64,000 nt of DNA from the sequence record NZ_CP021276.1; one strand, 5' to 3'. Positions 18,488-29,286 of the stretch are shown here, in pieces. A model generated the notes under the pieces. The model was not told the origin of the DNA and did not search any database. It saw nothing but the letters and a program-made list of their open reading frames with translations. The translations under genes were made by a program, and so were the position numbers. This stretch comes from a plasmid. Numbering within the stretch: the first letter of the stretch is position 1; each line of letters starts with the position of its first letter.

Positions 18488-19048
18488 ATGGATACTTCAT
18501 TTCGTGATAATGCGATTGCAAAAAACAGACTGTTATTCAAGCTGACACTGATTTGGGCGCTATCGAGTACGTTTGCAATTATTGTCCTTTGCGCCTTAAA
18601 TTTTTATACCTTACTGCATAAGCAGGTTCACTGGCTTCCAGTGTGTACTGGTCTAGAGTTTAGCATTGGTGATAAAGGCTATTCACCCGAATACCTGAAA
18701 GAAATGACGCAGAAAGCTGCTGACTTACGCCTGACCTACAATCCTGAGACCATTGATGCACGCTACACCATGCTGTCTCATCTGATTCCAGCGAAATACC
18801 AGGAATCGTTTTCCAAACTATTGGATGCCGAGCGAAAAACAGTACATGAAAAAAATGTAAGCTCAGTTTTTTATGTTGAAAAAGTATCCGTGGATGTCTC
18901 TAAAAATCAAGGTCAAATCGAAGGGCAATTGTATCGCACAAGCCATGGGCTTCAATTAAAGCCACAACACAAAATGTATCGAGTGCAGTTTTCACATCAA
19001 TCAGGCCTTTTAAATCTTGTGTCCATTCAGGAGATACACCATGACTAA
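18488..19048 (+). CDS. traE: TraE pilus assembly protein
   Basis: ~187 aa, N-terminal TM, synteny. Confidence 0.65.
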   Translation: MDTSFRDNAIAKNRLLFKLTLIWALSSTFAIIVLCALNFYTLLHKQVHWLPVCTGLEFSIGDKGYSPEYLKEMTQKAADLRLTYNPETIDARYTMLSHLIPAKYQESFSKLLDAERKTVHEKNVSSVFYVEKVSVDVSKNQGQIEGQLYRTSHGLQLKPQHKMYRVQFSHQSGLLNLVSIQEIHHD

Positions 19049-19775
19049 CTCAATTTATGATCAAGTTAAAAAAAACATTCTTCTTATAAGTTGTTTGTGC
19101 TCAGGAATTGTTTGTGCAAGCACAGCTCCTTCGGTCATCGCTTTTGAAGAAGGAGAGCAGTTTAATCTGACCTTATCGAGTATTAACTTTAATCGTGTGT
19201 TTGTTGAAGGGGAATCGATCACTAAATTAAGTTACCCAGAGCATGCTATTACAGTAGATAAAAGTGAGATGGATAACCCTGAAAGCACGGATTCTTCGGT
19301 GTATATAAAGCCCAATTTTCAAGTTCCCATTACCCTGTTCCTAACTACAGATAAAGGACATCACGTATCACTTACCCTGACACCTGATGAATCGGTTGGA
19401 AAAACCTTAAGGCTTGTGCCGCGCGCTCAAACAAAATTGAAATTTGTGAAACTGGATACCCCTGATGCCAGTGAAGTAGATGAGGCAATCGCTGCCATGA
19501 AAGCAGGGGAGACCCCCAAAGAATTTAATGAGAAACGAATTACTCCACGTTCTTTTTACATTAAAAAAAACATTAAGGTAACTCTTGAAAAACAATATCA
19601 GGGGAAGCGTTTCACCGGCTTTATCTATCGGTTAGAAAATACATCAAATCATGAGCTGGCGCTTACAACCGCCTTATTTGCCCATAAGGACGCAGAATCC
19701 CTGTCATTAAGTGATGAGGCGCTCCCACCTAAAAAAATCGCTTATTTATATGGGTTATACAGCAATCAGGGATAA
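19041..19775 (+). CDS. traK: TraK (secretin-like T4SS core component)
   Basis: ~245 aa, signal peptide, synteny traE-traK-traB. Confidence 0.65.
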   Translation: MTNSIYDQVKKNILLISCLCSGIVCASTAPSVIAFEEGEQFNLTLSSINFNRVFVEGESITKLSYPEHAITVDKSEMDNPESTDSSVYIKPNFQVPITLFLTTDKGHHVSLTLTPDESVGKTLRLVPRAQTKLKFVKLDTPDASEVDEAIAAMKAGETPKEFNEKRITPRSFYIKKNIKVTLEKQYQGKRFTGFIYRLENTSNHELALTTALFAHKDAESLSLSDEALPPKKIAYLYGLYSNQG

Positions 19776-19815
19776 ACCAGAAGCTGCTTAAAATGAGTTG
19801 GAAGGAGAGTAGGTA

Positions 19816-21282
19816 ATGTTTAAAAAAATAAAACAATGGTTGACGCTAAAACCTCAAAACGCCAATAAACTGGCCAAAAAGGAACAATTGAAGCACGCAG
19901 CCATTTTATTACTGGTGGGTGGGGCATCCTATGGATTTTATTGTTACTCATCAGCTGAGAAAAAAAAACCAGTCCACCAGGAAGAAGCTCCGTTCGAGAG
20001 TATTTTTGAAAGTACTTTTAATCAGGGCAGTGACGAAGCACTCCTTCTGCAACAGCAGCAACAAATTGATTCTTTAAAAGAGTTAGTGGCAGAACATCAT
20101 AAAAAACAGCAGGAAGCAGCACCTGTGAAAACAGAAAATTCGGAAACAAAAGCTTTGATCCAGGCCATGAAAGAACAGCTTTCACACCTTGAAGAAGAAA
20201 ATAAAAAAATGAACGAACAATTACAGGTTGCACTGGTTTCTACCCGTCAGGCAAGCCTGGTCACCGTTAGGCCGCCAACTCGTGAAGAAATGGAAGCACA
20301 GCAAAAGAAAAAGCATCAGGCAGAGCGCGAACTGCTCGCAAAATCAGGACTGGAAACAGTGCAATTTAACAACCGGAAGAAAAAAAACAAGGAAGTGCGA
20401 ACCTCTAAAAATTATGTTTGGGCGGGAACCTTTGTTGAAGGGGTGTTGCTGACTGGGGTTTTAGGTGATGCAGGAATAAACGGCTCAAAAAACATGGGAA
20501 CTGCTTTAATCCGCCTTACCAGCGGAGGAATCATGCCCAACAATCAGCGTTCTCATCTGGAAGACTGTGTCGCCCTGGTATCCACTTATGGTGATTTATC
20601 AGGAAGTTCCGTGGTGATGCATTTAGAAACACTGTCTTGCGCAGGAAACAACATCAATTTTGAACAAAAGGCCTACGGCTCTGTATTTGATTTGGATGCC
20701 ATGCAGGATTTACGCGGAACATCCATTCTAAAAACAAAGCCGCTCTTAACCTATTCGGCAGCGGCAGGCATGCTGGCAGGATTTGGTGATGGCTTAAAGA
20801 ATTTAAATACCGCTCAAACAATCAATCCGGGGGCTGGCACCATTACGACCTACGGGCAGGCATCAACCCTTGCTCAATCGGCTGCTGGTGGTGCGCTTAG
20901 TAATCCTGCCAATCGTATTTCAGACTATGTAATGCGCATTGCTGATATTTATCATCCACTGGTTGTGGCACGTGCGGGTCGTCGTGTGTCCGTTTTATTT
21001 ACTAAAGGCTTTTGGATAGACAAAGAACATCAGGTGTACGAGTCAGGACGCGCTATCAATGAAGGACATGCCCAAAACGAGTCTGGGGTTACAACCACTG
21101 TAAGCCGTGCCTATGAATTAAATACACACCCTGTGAATGGCGCTTCATTGATGCAGTCCAATAATCAAGAGCCCATGGTTCAAACCGTTAATCCTGTTGA
21201 GAATCCCCTCTTAAATCAACCAGGACAACCCTCTACCCCATTATTTTCAACCGTACAAAATGAGGAGCCACTTCATGACTAA
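19816..21282 (+). CDS. traB: TraB (VirB10-like T4SS core protein)
   Basis: 488 aa. TM, coiled-coil and conserved C-terminal domain. Confidence 0.75.
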   Translation: MFKKIKQWLTLKPQNANKLAKKEQLKHAAILLLVGGASYGFYCYSSAEKKKPVHQEEAPFESIFESTFNQGSDEALLLQQQQQIDSLKELVAEHHKKQQEAAPVKTENSETKALIQAMKEQLSHLEEENKKMNEQLQVALVSTRQASLVTVRPPTREEMEAQQKKKHQAERELLAKSGLETVQFNNRKKKNKEVRTSKNYVWAGTFVEGVLLTGVLGDAGINGSKNMGTALIRLTSGGIMPNNQRSHLEDCVALVSTYGDLSGSSVVMHLETLSCAGNNINFEQKAYGSVFDLDAMQDLRGTSILKTKPLLTYSAAAGMLAGFGDGLKNLNTAQTINPGAGTITTYGQASTLAQSAAGGALSNPANRISDYVMRIADIYHPLVVARAGRRVSVLFTKGFWIDKEHQVYESGRAINEGHAQNESGVTTTVSRAYELNTHPVNGASLMQSNNQEPMVQTVNPVENPLLNQPGQPSTPLFSTVQNEEPLHD

Positions 21283-21502
21283 ACCTCTATTTTTATTGAG
21301 TACCCTTTTCTTAGTGTCGCAGTTATGTGCCTGCTCGAAATCCATCCTCGACAATCAGGATGCAAGATGTCCTTTTTCTGACAGGGGTGGTTGTCAAAGT
21401 ATGGAAATGGTGAATCGTATGGTGCAGGAAAAACGCTATACACCCGATGGTCAATTCGTGCAGCAGGCAAGAATTCAAGATCTGTATTCAGATTATAAAT
21501 AG
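21275..21502 (+). CDS. traV: TraV lipoprotein
   Basis: Lipobox LCAC, synteny between traB and traC. Confidence 0.55.
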   Translation: MTKPLFLLSTLFLVSQLCACSKSILDNQDARCPFSDRGGCQSMEMVNRMVQEKRYTPDGQFVQQARIQDLYSDYK

Positions 21503-21530
21503 GCGCTGGCACGAATACAGGAGAGAAGCC

Positions 21531-24080
21531 ATGTTTACAAACGCTATAGAATGGGTCCAAGATACTTATGAGTTGCTAAAGGAGACCTGGAATGACAAAG
21601 GGCTAACGGGCAATGAATCCGATTTTGACCTCAAGACACATCAATATCCTTCGTTTACTGAAAAAATACTGCCTTATCAATATTTTGATGAGGAATCGAA
21701 GCTATTTTTTAACGAATACAACGCAGGATTAATTTATCGCATTATTCCTTTAACAGGTGCGAATGAACACATAGCGGAACAACTGGATACGCTGCTTCAA
21801 TCTAAAGTGTCGCATGAGTTCACCTTGCAGTTGATTTGCGTCAAACACAATCAAGTTGGGAATGATATTGAAGCGTTTACTTCCCAGTTTGCAAAAAGCG
21901 AATTTGAAAATTTAAGCCTGTTAGGAGATAACCTTAAGGCCTTTTATCAAAAAGCCGCCATCCATGGTTTTAAAACCAACACGATGCTTGCACCGCGATT
22001 AACGCATACAGATTGCTATATCGTTATTGATAAAATCAAAAAAGAGTCCGAGAGTGATTTAAAAGCCTGTTTTGGCCAGTTTCGCGTTTCGTTTGAAGCA
22101 TCCTTAAGTGCTGCAAAAATTGGATTCAAGCAAGCGGATGCAACTGATTTTTTGCATTTGCTTCACTTTTATCTGGATAATTGCCCTGATGTCATTACTC
22201 CACGCCCTGTGATTTATGATAAAACCAAATTACTCAAAGAGCAGGCACTGTCTCATGACTTTGATATTGAATTTAAAAATAATGAAGTAGTGATTCAAGG
22301 AGTTAATGAATCTGGGCGTATTTATGAAACAGCCGTATCAGTTCTGACCATTGATCGCCTGCCTCGCCAGTATTGTTTATGGGAGAACATTAATAATACC
22401 AGCAATATTTTTCATCCTGATAAAAGAATATCCTGCAATCACATCATCTCGGTCATCTATCTGGTCGAAGAGCAAGGACGCGCTCAGGGTAGGGCGAATC
22501 GTAAAACCCGTGATTTGGATAAAAAATCTAAAAGTGATTACGCATTAAATGTGGCGGGAACGGAGGAGCAGGCACGGGTATGGCGTACCTTTCGTGATGA
22601 TTTATCCTCACAAAAGACTCGCTCTGTAAAGATGCTTTATAACGTGGTTCTTTTTTCAAGACCTCATGAGAAAGAGCGTGATGTAGAAGCTGCTCGCACA
22701 GTATTTGCGTTTAATGACATTAAACTGGCATTGTGTAAACGCATGCAATGTCCCTATTTTTTAGTCTCGATGCCGTTTTTTTTCACAGGAAATCTGGTTA
22801 AGGATTTTTCTCTTCCCACAATGATGTGGCCAATTTCTTCATGGAATGCAACTCAATACATGCCCATTCTTTCTGACTGGCGCGGAGTAGGTAAGGGTAT
22901 CTTGTTGCCTACCATGCGCGATCAATTTGCCTGCATCGATCCTTTCTCTGGTGTATTTGGCAGCAATTACAACATGGCTGTCACCGGAACCTCGGGCGGT
23001 GGAAAAAGCTTTTTTATTCAGATGCTGATGCTCAATATCCTGTTTAATGGCGGAGATATTTTCATTATTGATGTAGGTGGGAGCTATAGAAAACTGTGTG
23101 AGGCGCTCGGTGGGACTTATCTTGAGTACAGCAATTTGGCGATGAATCCCTTTACCCATGTAACGGACATTTTACGGGAGATTGATGATATTATTGCCTT
23201 GTTTGAATTATTAACCTGCCCTACCAGCGGTGCTACAGATGACGACCGAGGCACTTTAAGAGAAGCTATTTTAACTGCTTTTGGAGCAACTCAGAATCAA
23301 ACGCGCATTGATGAGGTTGCAGGAGTCTTATTATCGTTGTACGAGCACGACCGCGAAACCTATCCTACAGCGCGCATTTTGTCTAAGAACCTCCAGCGTT
23401 ACTGTTCTGCCTCAGAGCATGGCAAAGCGTTTAATGAACCCTCTCAGCTATCACCTGATGCCCGTATGATTGTAGTGGACTTGAAGGAAATTGAGGACAA
23501 TCAAAGTATTCGCGCCCCGGTTCTTCTGTACGTTATTTCCCAGTTTCAAAGACGTATGTTCAACTCAGACAGGAACAAACAAAAGATGTGCATCATTGAT
23601 GAAGCCTGGTCATTTTTTACAGGGGATTTAATTGCGGTCAACTTTATTACCAAAGGCTTTCGTACTGGTCGGCGGCATAAAGCATCATTTGTCACGATTA
23701 CCCAGGGTATTGAGGATTATTTCGAATTTTCAGAAGCGCGCGCCGCCTGGGAAAATTCCGCATTAAAGCTTGTTTTTTTACAAGAGGAATCACCGCTTTT
23801 AGAACATCAAAAAAAGCATGAGACTTTTTCAGACTACGAGATGACTATTCTCAAATCATTCCCGATAGCGAAAGAAGCGGGTTTTTCTCAAGTCTTGCTG
23901 CGTGCTAATGGTATTTCCTCCTTTCATCGCTTGTTTGTTGATCCGTTTACTCGCGTGCTTTTATCTTCCGATGGTGATGATTATCAGGCAGTCATTAATT
24001 ATGTGGCACAGGGACTGTTATTTCTTGATGCCGTATCGCAAGTGGCAAAGGAGCATTATGGGAGGGCTTATGCAGCTTAA
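21531..24080 (+). CDS. traC: TraC (VirB4-family T4SS ATPase)
   Basis: ~850 aa. Walker A GTSGGGKS. Confidence 0.9.
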   Translation: MFTNAIEWVQDTYELLKETWNDKGLTGNESDFDLKTHQYPSFTEKILPYQYFDEESKLFFNEYNAGLIYRIIPLTGANEHIAEQLDTLLQSKVSHEFTLQLICVKHNQVGNDIEAFTSQFAKSEFENLSLLGDNLKAFYQKAAIHGFKTNTMLAPRLTHTDCYIVIDKIKKESESDLKACFGQFRVSFEASLSAAKIGFKQADATDFLHLLHFYLDNCPDVITPRPVIYDKTKLLKEQALSHDFDIEFKNNEVVIQGVNESGRIYETAVSVLTIDRLPRQYCLWENINNTSNIFHPDKRISCNHIISVIYLVEEQGRAQGRANRKTRDLDKKSKSDYALNVAGTEEQARVWRTFRDDLSSQKTRSVKMLYNVVLFSRPHEKERDVEAARTVFAFNDIKLALCKRMQCPYFLVSMPFFFTGNLVKDFSLPTMMWPISSWNATQYMPILSDWRGVGKGILLPTMRDQFACIDPFSGVFGSNYNMAVTGTSGGGKSFFIQMLMLNILFNGGDIFIIDVGGSYRKLCEALGGTYLEYSNLAMNPFTHVTDILREIDDIIALFELLTCPTSGATDDDRGTLREAILTAFGATQNQTRIDEVAGVLLSLYEHDRETYPTARILSKNLQRYCSASEHGKAFNEPSQLSPDARMIVVDLKEIEDNQSIRAPVLLYVISQFQRRMFNSDRNKQKMCIIDEAWSFFTGDLIAVNFITKGFRTGRRHKASFVTITQGIEDYFEFSEARAAWENSALKLVFLQEESPLLEHQKKHETFSDYEMTILKSFPIAKEAGFSQVLLRANGISSFHRLFVDPFTRVLLSSDGDDYQAVINYVAQGLLFLDAVSQVAKEHYGRAYAA

Positions 24081-24435
24081 CCGATTCAAAACCATGCACT
24101 GGGTCTTTGCAGGAATTGGCGGATTAATTGGAATCCTGGCGGGTATTTGGGTGATGTGGCCTAAGTCTTTACCTCTTTTGGTGGTTGACATGAATCGTGC
24201 CATTGAAGCGCCTTCGGTAATGCTTGCTCGCTCCAAACTGACTCATGAAGAACAATTAAAAATAATGGAGCGCTTTTCACGCACCCTCCCAGAAGTCATC
24301 AAGGATTATGGGGCGTCACATCAGGTAACCCTTGTGAGTGCGTCCGTATTGTCGAGTTTTAAACCGTCCCATGTGGATGTGACGGATGAGCTTATTGCCT
24401 TGACCATAACAAGGATAAAACATGAAGCGCGCTAG
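24070..24435 (+). CDS. trbI: TrbI-like inner-membrane protein
   Basis: ~120 aa, single TM (MQLNRFKTMHWVFAGIGGLIGILAGIW). Synteny traC-trbI-traW. Coordinates follow the ORF track. Confidence 0.45.
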   Translation: MQLNRFKTMHWVFAGIGGLIGILAGIWVMWPKSLPLLVVDMNRAIEAPSVMLARSKLTHEEQLKIMERFSRTLPEVIKDYGASHQVTLVSASVLSSFKPSHVDVTDELIALTITRIKHEAR

Positions 24436-25056
24436 TAAACGATTTTTTCTCCTTATTCTATGTTTTTTCTGTCTATTAGAACCTGTGGGTCATGCAAAAA
24501 ATATAGGTCATTATGGTCAGACATTCCCTGTCAATGAAGAGGATATAAGGAAAGTCATTATGAACAAACTCTATGCATTGCAGCAAAGCGGTGATTTAGA
24601 GCATGTTCAACGCGATTTAGAGCAGAAAGCCGCACGTCAGGCGATGAGGCCAAACCCTTTAGCATTGAGCACGACTCGCAAGCCTAAGACGTTTCGCATT
24701 TCACCGGCAGTGACTGTATCTCATGATGTCTGGACACCTGATGGACATTTAATTGCAAAAGCAGGAACTCGGATCAATCCATTTGAGCGTGTTCACTTCC
24801 TTAAAACCCTGATTTTTTTAATGCAGATGATGCAGGACAGGTTGCCTGGGTTAAAAAACATTACACCGACTTTAAGCACGTTAAATTTATTTTGACCGGT
24901 GGGGATGTTCGAGTTGCTGCAGAGCTTTTTGGTCGAATTTATTTTGATGTGAACGGCATCATTTCATCCAGGCTTCACCTTCAACACGTTCCAAGCATAG
25001 TCAGCCAGGAAGGTCTTGATTGGCAGGTTAAAGAAATTGGAGTGAACGATGAATAA
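24422..25056 (+). pseudogene. traW: traW (pilus assembly), reading frame interrupted by a -1 frameshift in a T7 homopolymer at 24813-24819
   Basis: N-terminal part (frame 2) matches F TraW to ...FLKTLIF. C-terminal part (NADDAGQVAWVKKHY...YFDVNGI...) continues in frame 1. Confidence 0.65.
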
Positions 25057-26026
25057 ACGACTTTTCTGTTCAATTGCTGCAGGCTTATTCTTCATCTGTT
25101 CATTGCACGCATCGCAGTGTAAAGGGCATTTTGTCAATCCTATAACCGACATTTGCTGGGATTGTTTGTTCCCATTAACCATTGGCTCCTCCGAAGTGGT
25201 AAAGAGCCAATATCCTGATACGAAAAACCCTGGCAACCCTATCTGCTCCTGCCCAAACAAATTACAACTTTTAGGAGTTACTATAGGTTATTGGGAACCC
25301 TTTGCGTTAGTGGATGTGACACGAAAGCCTTATTGCATGGTGAATCTTGGGGTGCAATTGCACATTAAAGATCAGGGGCTGGGTGGTTCACAAATGCCTG
25401 ATACCGATGGGCGGGGCGCATTTTATTACGTGCATTGGTACAAATACCCACTGATGTATTGGCTGCAGGTACTCACTTCCATCGGCTGTATGGAGACAGA
25501 AGATTTCGATGTGATGTATTTGAGTGAACTTGATCCAACATGGAATGACTCTGAGTTTGCTTTTGTTCTTAATCCTGAGGCCACTTTATTTACCACACCG
25601 CCAGTGCGTGCGTCTTGTGCTGCAGATGCAACCAAAGCATTCGCAGGGACGGCCATGGATTCTTTATTCTGGTGCATGGGCGCTCAAGGTTCCACCTATC
25701 CTCTCAATGGTTTTGTTGCCAATCAGGCAAGTCCCATTAGTGCCGCAACACTTCTGACAGAACGCACCGACTTTAAGCTTCATCGCCTTGGAGCAATTAA
25801 AGATTCCGTTGGTAAAGATTGGCCTGCACTTTGTAGCACCTATCGCTCTTCCATTTTACCTAAAAGCCGGTATCGCTACCAATTAGTCAATACATTGCCT
25901 GATGCAAAACGCTGCCAGCCCTTTGGCCGTTCAGTCATTACCTGGGAGGCCGGACATACCTATCCTGGGGATGGGGATAATTTTGGTTTCATGATTTGGC
26001 GCAAGAGAAATTGTTGCTTTTTATAA
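25049..26026 (+). CDS. traU: TraU
   Basis: 325 aa, signal peptide, Cys-rich conserved TraU pattern. Confidence 0.8.
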   Translation: MNKRLFCSIAAGLFFICSLHASQCKGHFVNPITDICWDCLFPLTIGSSEVVKSQYPDTKNPGNPICSCPNKLQLLGVTIGYWEPFALVDVTRKPYCMVNLGVQLHIKDQGLGGSQMPDTDGRGAFYYVHWYKYPLMYWLQVLTSIGCMETEDFDVMYLSELDPTWNDSEFAFVLNPEATLFTTPPVRASCAADATKAFAGTAMDSLFWCMGAQGSTYPLNGFVANQASPISAATLLTERTDFKLHRLGAIKDSVGKDWPALCSTYRSSILPKSRYRYQLVNTLPDAKRCQPFGRSVITWEAGHTYPGDGDNFGFMIWRKRNCCFL

Positions 26027-26037
26027 GGAGGCCTTTC

Positions 26038-26703
26038 ATGGCGCACTACATTAAAATCATTATTCTGTTTCTAACTGGGATTGGCGGATGCTTTGCAAAC
26101 ACTAATGATGAGTTAAGGCATTATCAAGAGGAGGGGGCTCACCAGGTATCAACCATTTCGAATAAGACAATTGAAACGTTAAAGCGCACGTCCTCACGGA
26201 ATCAATCAGAGCACCAATTATTAATTGATACACTCATGCAACGCAGCACAGACGGTTTACAAAGCAATCAAAAACCGCAGGGAGCTGAAGGTGCCATTTT
26301 ATTTGTATCCTTTTCCATGCCCGACTCACTTTTATTTGCATTGAGCGATGAAGCAGCACGGTTTCATATTCCCGTGGTCATTAATGGGTTAGTGGATGGT
26401 GATTTTAAACAGACCATAGAAACATTTAAACGTCTTAATAGCGAAGCCAAAAAGCAGCATTTGAACTTTAAGGGAATTTCTATTGATCCAGTCTGGTTTA
26501 ATCAATTCCACATTACAACGGTTCCAGCGCTTGTAGTAACAGAGCCCTCCAGGTCTTGCGGTTCAGGGCAGCCCTGCACCAATCAACCGTTTGATGTAGT
26601 GTATGGCAATGCAAGCATTAAAAAAGGACTCGAGCTCATCGCCCAGAAAGGAGACGCAGGAGCGACATTAGCGGCCACCATTTTGGAGAAAGGCCATGTT
26701 TAG
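26038..26703 (+). CDS. trbC: TrbC
   Basis: ~220 aa, signal/TM, synteny. Confidence 0.55.
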   Translation: MAHYIKIIILFLTGIGGCFANTNDELRHYQEEGAHQVSTISNKTIETLKRTSSRNQSEHQLLIDTLMQRSTDGLQSNQKPQGAEGAILFVSFSMPDSLLFALSDEAARFHIPVVINGLVDGDFKQTIETFKRLNSEAKKQHLNFKGISIDPVWFNQFHITTVPALVVTEPSRSCGSGQPCTNQPFDVVYGNASIKKGLELIAQKGDAGATLAATILEKGHV

Positions 26704-28507
26704 AAGTTTGTTGACCATCGCCTGTATTTTTGGTTTTTGCACTTTCTCGGCTGCCAATACAACAGCCCAAGACTTTCAGAAATTAAAAGAATACGCAAAA
26801 TCTTTGGGGAATCAACCACTGAGCGCCATGAATGAATTTAAGCCCCAGAATACCTTCAAAGACTATACGGAAACTCCCTCGCAATCGCTTCATTATCAGG
26901 GGGTTGAAACTGAAAAAACCGATTTAAGTACCTTTGCTGCCAATGCCTTACACAATGATGCCGGTGGACGTACTGTGACCGAGCATTTTGGTCAGCGCCA
27001 ATTTGAAATCAATACCAAAAATGAAGCGATTAAAAACGCTAAATTAATTGAAGAAGAAAGTTATGCCATTACTCATGGACAATCCAATGAGCGAGTCAAA
27101 TGTGATGAAAAGCCACAGGCTTGTGAGATTAAATCGCATGAGGAAATCTGCCATACATCAAGGCAATTACCCGAGCAGCAGTGTTTTAAAAAACGTAAAG
27201 TAACCGTGAACACCGAGCGCTTAAGTCAAAGAGCTGATTTTGAGGTATGGGTTCATAAAAAATGGACGGGGCTTATTGCGGTTAATCTTATAACGGGTGC
27301 CATGACCAATAGCGCAGGCGGGCACTTAACCAATCCTGTGAAGTTAAATCATCCCTGTGAAGAAATGAAAGCCACGGTTCACTCCATTTTAAATAATGGT
27401 GGTTCTGCTCATTGGGTGCATGTTGTGGGACTTCCAACCTGCCAGAATGGAGGCGTAATCACCTTGTATATTTCAGATAAGTTCAGTCGCTATTACCCAA
27501 TTCAGGTGGCATTGACGATTAATGCCCATTCCAAATCCTATGTGGAAGAAGAGCACTGGGATAATGAATGCGCCACTCTTGAGACAAACAACCTATGTCA
27601 AAAAACACAAGAGCAGTGTACTGATTCCAATCCAACCCGTGTCATTAATGGTCTGCCCGTCACCCGTGATTGCTGGGAGCTTAATGCACAATACCAGTGT
27701 GCATCCGCTGCAGCCGATGAATGTAAAACGCAACGGGAAAAAGGATGCTTACAGGCAAGCTCGCGCTGCACATTAATGAACAATAATACCTGCTCGCTCT
27801 ATGAGCAGGTATATCGTTGCGATGAGACAGTCTGCCCACAGCCTGTGGCCTGTGTGCGAGATCTCTTTTGTGCCGATGGAGACTGCACGGAACATGCAGC
27901 AACTCAGAATGATGGTTTTGGAGAGGCCATGGCACCCATGGCCGTTGCAGGGGCTGCTGGCGCTGAGTTTGGAAAAACGCAGGCTACCTTATTTTCAGGC
28001 CATCCTGTGCAGTGCAAAATCTGGGTTTGGGACATTATTGATTGTTGTTCGAATGAAGGCTGGGCTGACAAACTCCATATCGATTTGTGTCGTGAAGAAG
28101 ATAAGGCTTTAGGCAAAGCCAAATTGAATTACCTGGCTCATTATGTAGGCGAGTTTTGCAGCCAGAAAGATCCCATTTTTGGCACCTGTCTGGAGCACAA
28201 ACGCACCTATTGTGTCTTTGACAGCAAAATGGCGCGCATTATCCAGGCCGAAGGACGTTTAAGACAATTAAATCCCAACGCTTTAGGAGATGCAGAGCAT
28301 ACACGCTGTGCGGGGCTCAGTGTGAATGAATTACAAAGCCTTGATATGGGACGCATCGATTTTTTAAACCCTGTGTATCCATTTCCCCAGGGACAGCCAA
28401 CAAAAGAAGCAGGAATTGTAGGCGATGTCGTTTTAAATAGCCCCGACGCTTCAAAAACCATGGATGAAATCAAACGGCGAGTCCAGAAAAAGGCGGAACA
28501 AAAATGA
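26696..28507 (+). CDS. traN: TraN (Cys-rich outer-membrane mating-pair stabilisation protein)
   Basis: 603 aa, signal peptide, many Cys. Confidence 0.8.
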   Translation: MFRSLLTIACIFGFCTFSAANTTAQDFQKLKEYAKSLGNQPLSAMNEFKPQNTFKDYTETPSQSLHYQGVETEKTDLSTFAANALHNDAGGRTVTEHFGQRQFEINTKNEAIKNAKLIEEESYAITHGQSNERVKCDEKPQACEIKSHEEICHTSRQLPEQQCFKKRKVTVNTERLSQRADFEVWVHKKWTGLIAVNLITGAMTNSAGGHLTNPVKLNHPCEEMKATVHSILNNGGSAHWVHVVGLPTCQNGGVITLYISDKFSRYYPIQVALTINAHSKSYVEEEHWDNECATLETNNLCQKTQEQCTDSNPTRVINGLPVTRDCWELNAQYQCASAAADECKTQREKGCLQASSRCTLMNNNTCSLYEQVYRCDETVCPQPVACVRDLFCADGDCTEHAATQNDGFGEAMAPMAVAGAAGAEFGKTQATLFSGHPVQCKIWVWDIIDCCSNEGWADKLHIDLCREEDKALGKAKLNYLAHYVGEFCSQKDPIFGTCLEHKRTYCVFDSKMARIIQAEGRLRQLNPNALGDAEHTRCAGLSVNELQSLDMGRIDFLNPVYPFPQGQPTKEAGIVGDVVLNSPDASKTMDEIKRRVQKKAEQK

Positions 28508-29286
28508 GATTATTCACTATTATTTTAATGTTACTTTCCATGCCGGTCATGGCTGATTTAGTAAGTCCACCCGCTCATGGGTTTCATTGGTACAGTACAG
28601 AAAACAAAGAGCATCAGGTGAAACCTGTTCAAAATCCAAAGGTATCAAAGCCTTCGCTGACTCCTTATGAGCAGCTCATGGAAGTCCGCAAAGCCACAAT
28701 GAATAAGCTCGCAACGGCATTAATTGCCCCATCATTTGATGCAACCTATGAGTACATGAAAGCCCAGCAGGTGTATGCCAAAAACAATCAGAAATTTGTC
28801 CAGTACTGGCAACAGGTTCTGTTGTCTCATCCTGAGCTGGATCATTCCTTAAATTTTCCAACCGACAATACGGCTGTGGCCATTCGCAATGATTCAATGA
28901 ATCTTTTAATGGAGAGGGTAGTCAGAGAAGGGGCGAAACGTTATGGATTAATCCTTTTTTACAAAGGGAACAGTTCCATTTCGCAAAAATTCATCACTCA
29001 TCTTGTTCCATTCGTCAATTTGACCCATTTTTCCATGATTTCAGTCACGACAGATGGGCAACCTATTGAAGGTCTGCCTAATCCTAAAAACATACCTCTT
29101 CATGAAATACAAAAAACAATGAATTTGCAGTCACGCTACATGCCTGCACTGTTTCTTGTTGATTTAAAAACACAACACATGTCGCCCTTGTCCTACGGAT
29201 TTGTCTCCACAACCGAATTAAAGGAACGTCTGCTGGATGTGGCGACTCATTACAAACGATACAGCTATGAGGGGTTTGAAGCATGA
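28504..29286 (+). CDS. traF: TraF (thioredoxin-fold pilus assembly protein)
   Basis: 260 aa, signal peptide, synteny. Confidence 0.7.
   Translation: MRLFTIILMLLSMPVMADLVSPPAHGFHWYSTENKEHQVKPVQNPKVSKPSLTPYEQLMEVRKATMNKLATALIAPSFDATYEYMKAQQVYAKNNQKFVQYWQQVLLSHPELDHSLNFPTDNTAVAIRNDSMNLLMERVVREGAKRYGLILFYKGNSSISQKFITHLVPFVNLTHFSMISVTTDGQPIEGLPNPKNIPLHEIQKTMNLQSRYMPALFLVDLKTQHMSPLSYGFVSTTELKERLLDVATHYKRYSYEGFEA

Noticed and set aside
20018-20233. Numerous 60-120-aa opposite-strand or alternate-frame ORFs inside tra genes, the lvr genes and the efflux genes (for example 2515-2700, 14208-14393, 22839-23159, 27522-28122, 30097-30470, 37276-40129)
   Set aside because: They are embedded in well-supported longer genes and have no start context or domain signal. 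They are typical spurious ORFs.
24060-24420. Apparent mismatch between the printed sequence and the ORF track: one extra G near 24060-24063 and one fewer A near 24417-24420 relative to what the track translations imply
   Set aside because: The two 1-nt differences compensate, so coordinates agree outside this interval. I cannot recompute, so I followed the ORF track for the traC end and the trbI-like gene rather than inferring a traC read-through or a trbI-traW fusion.
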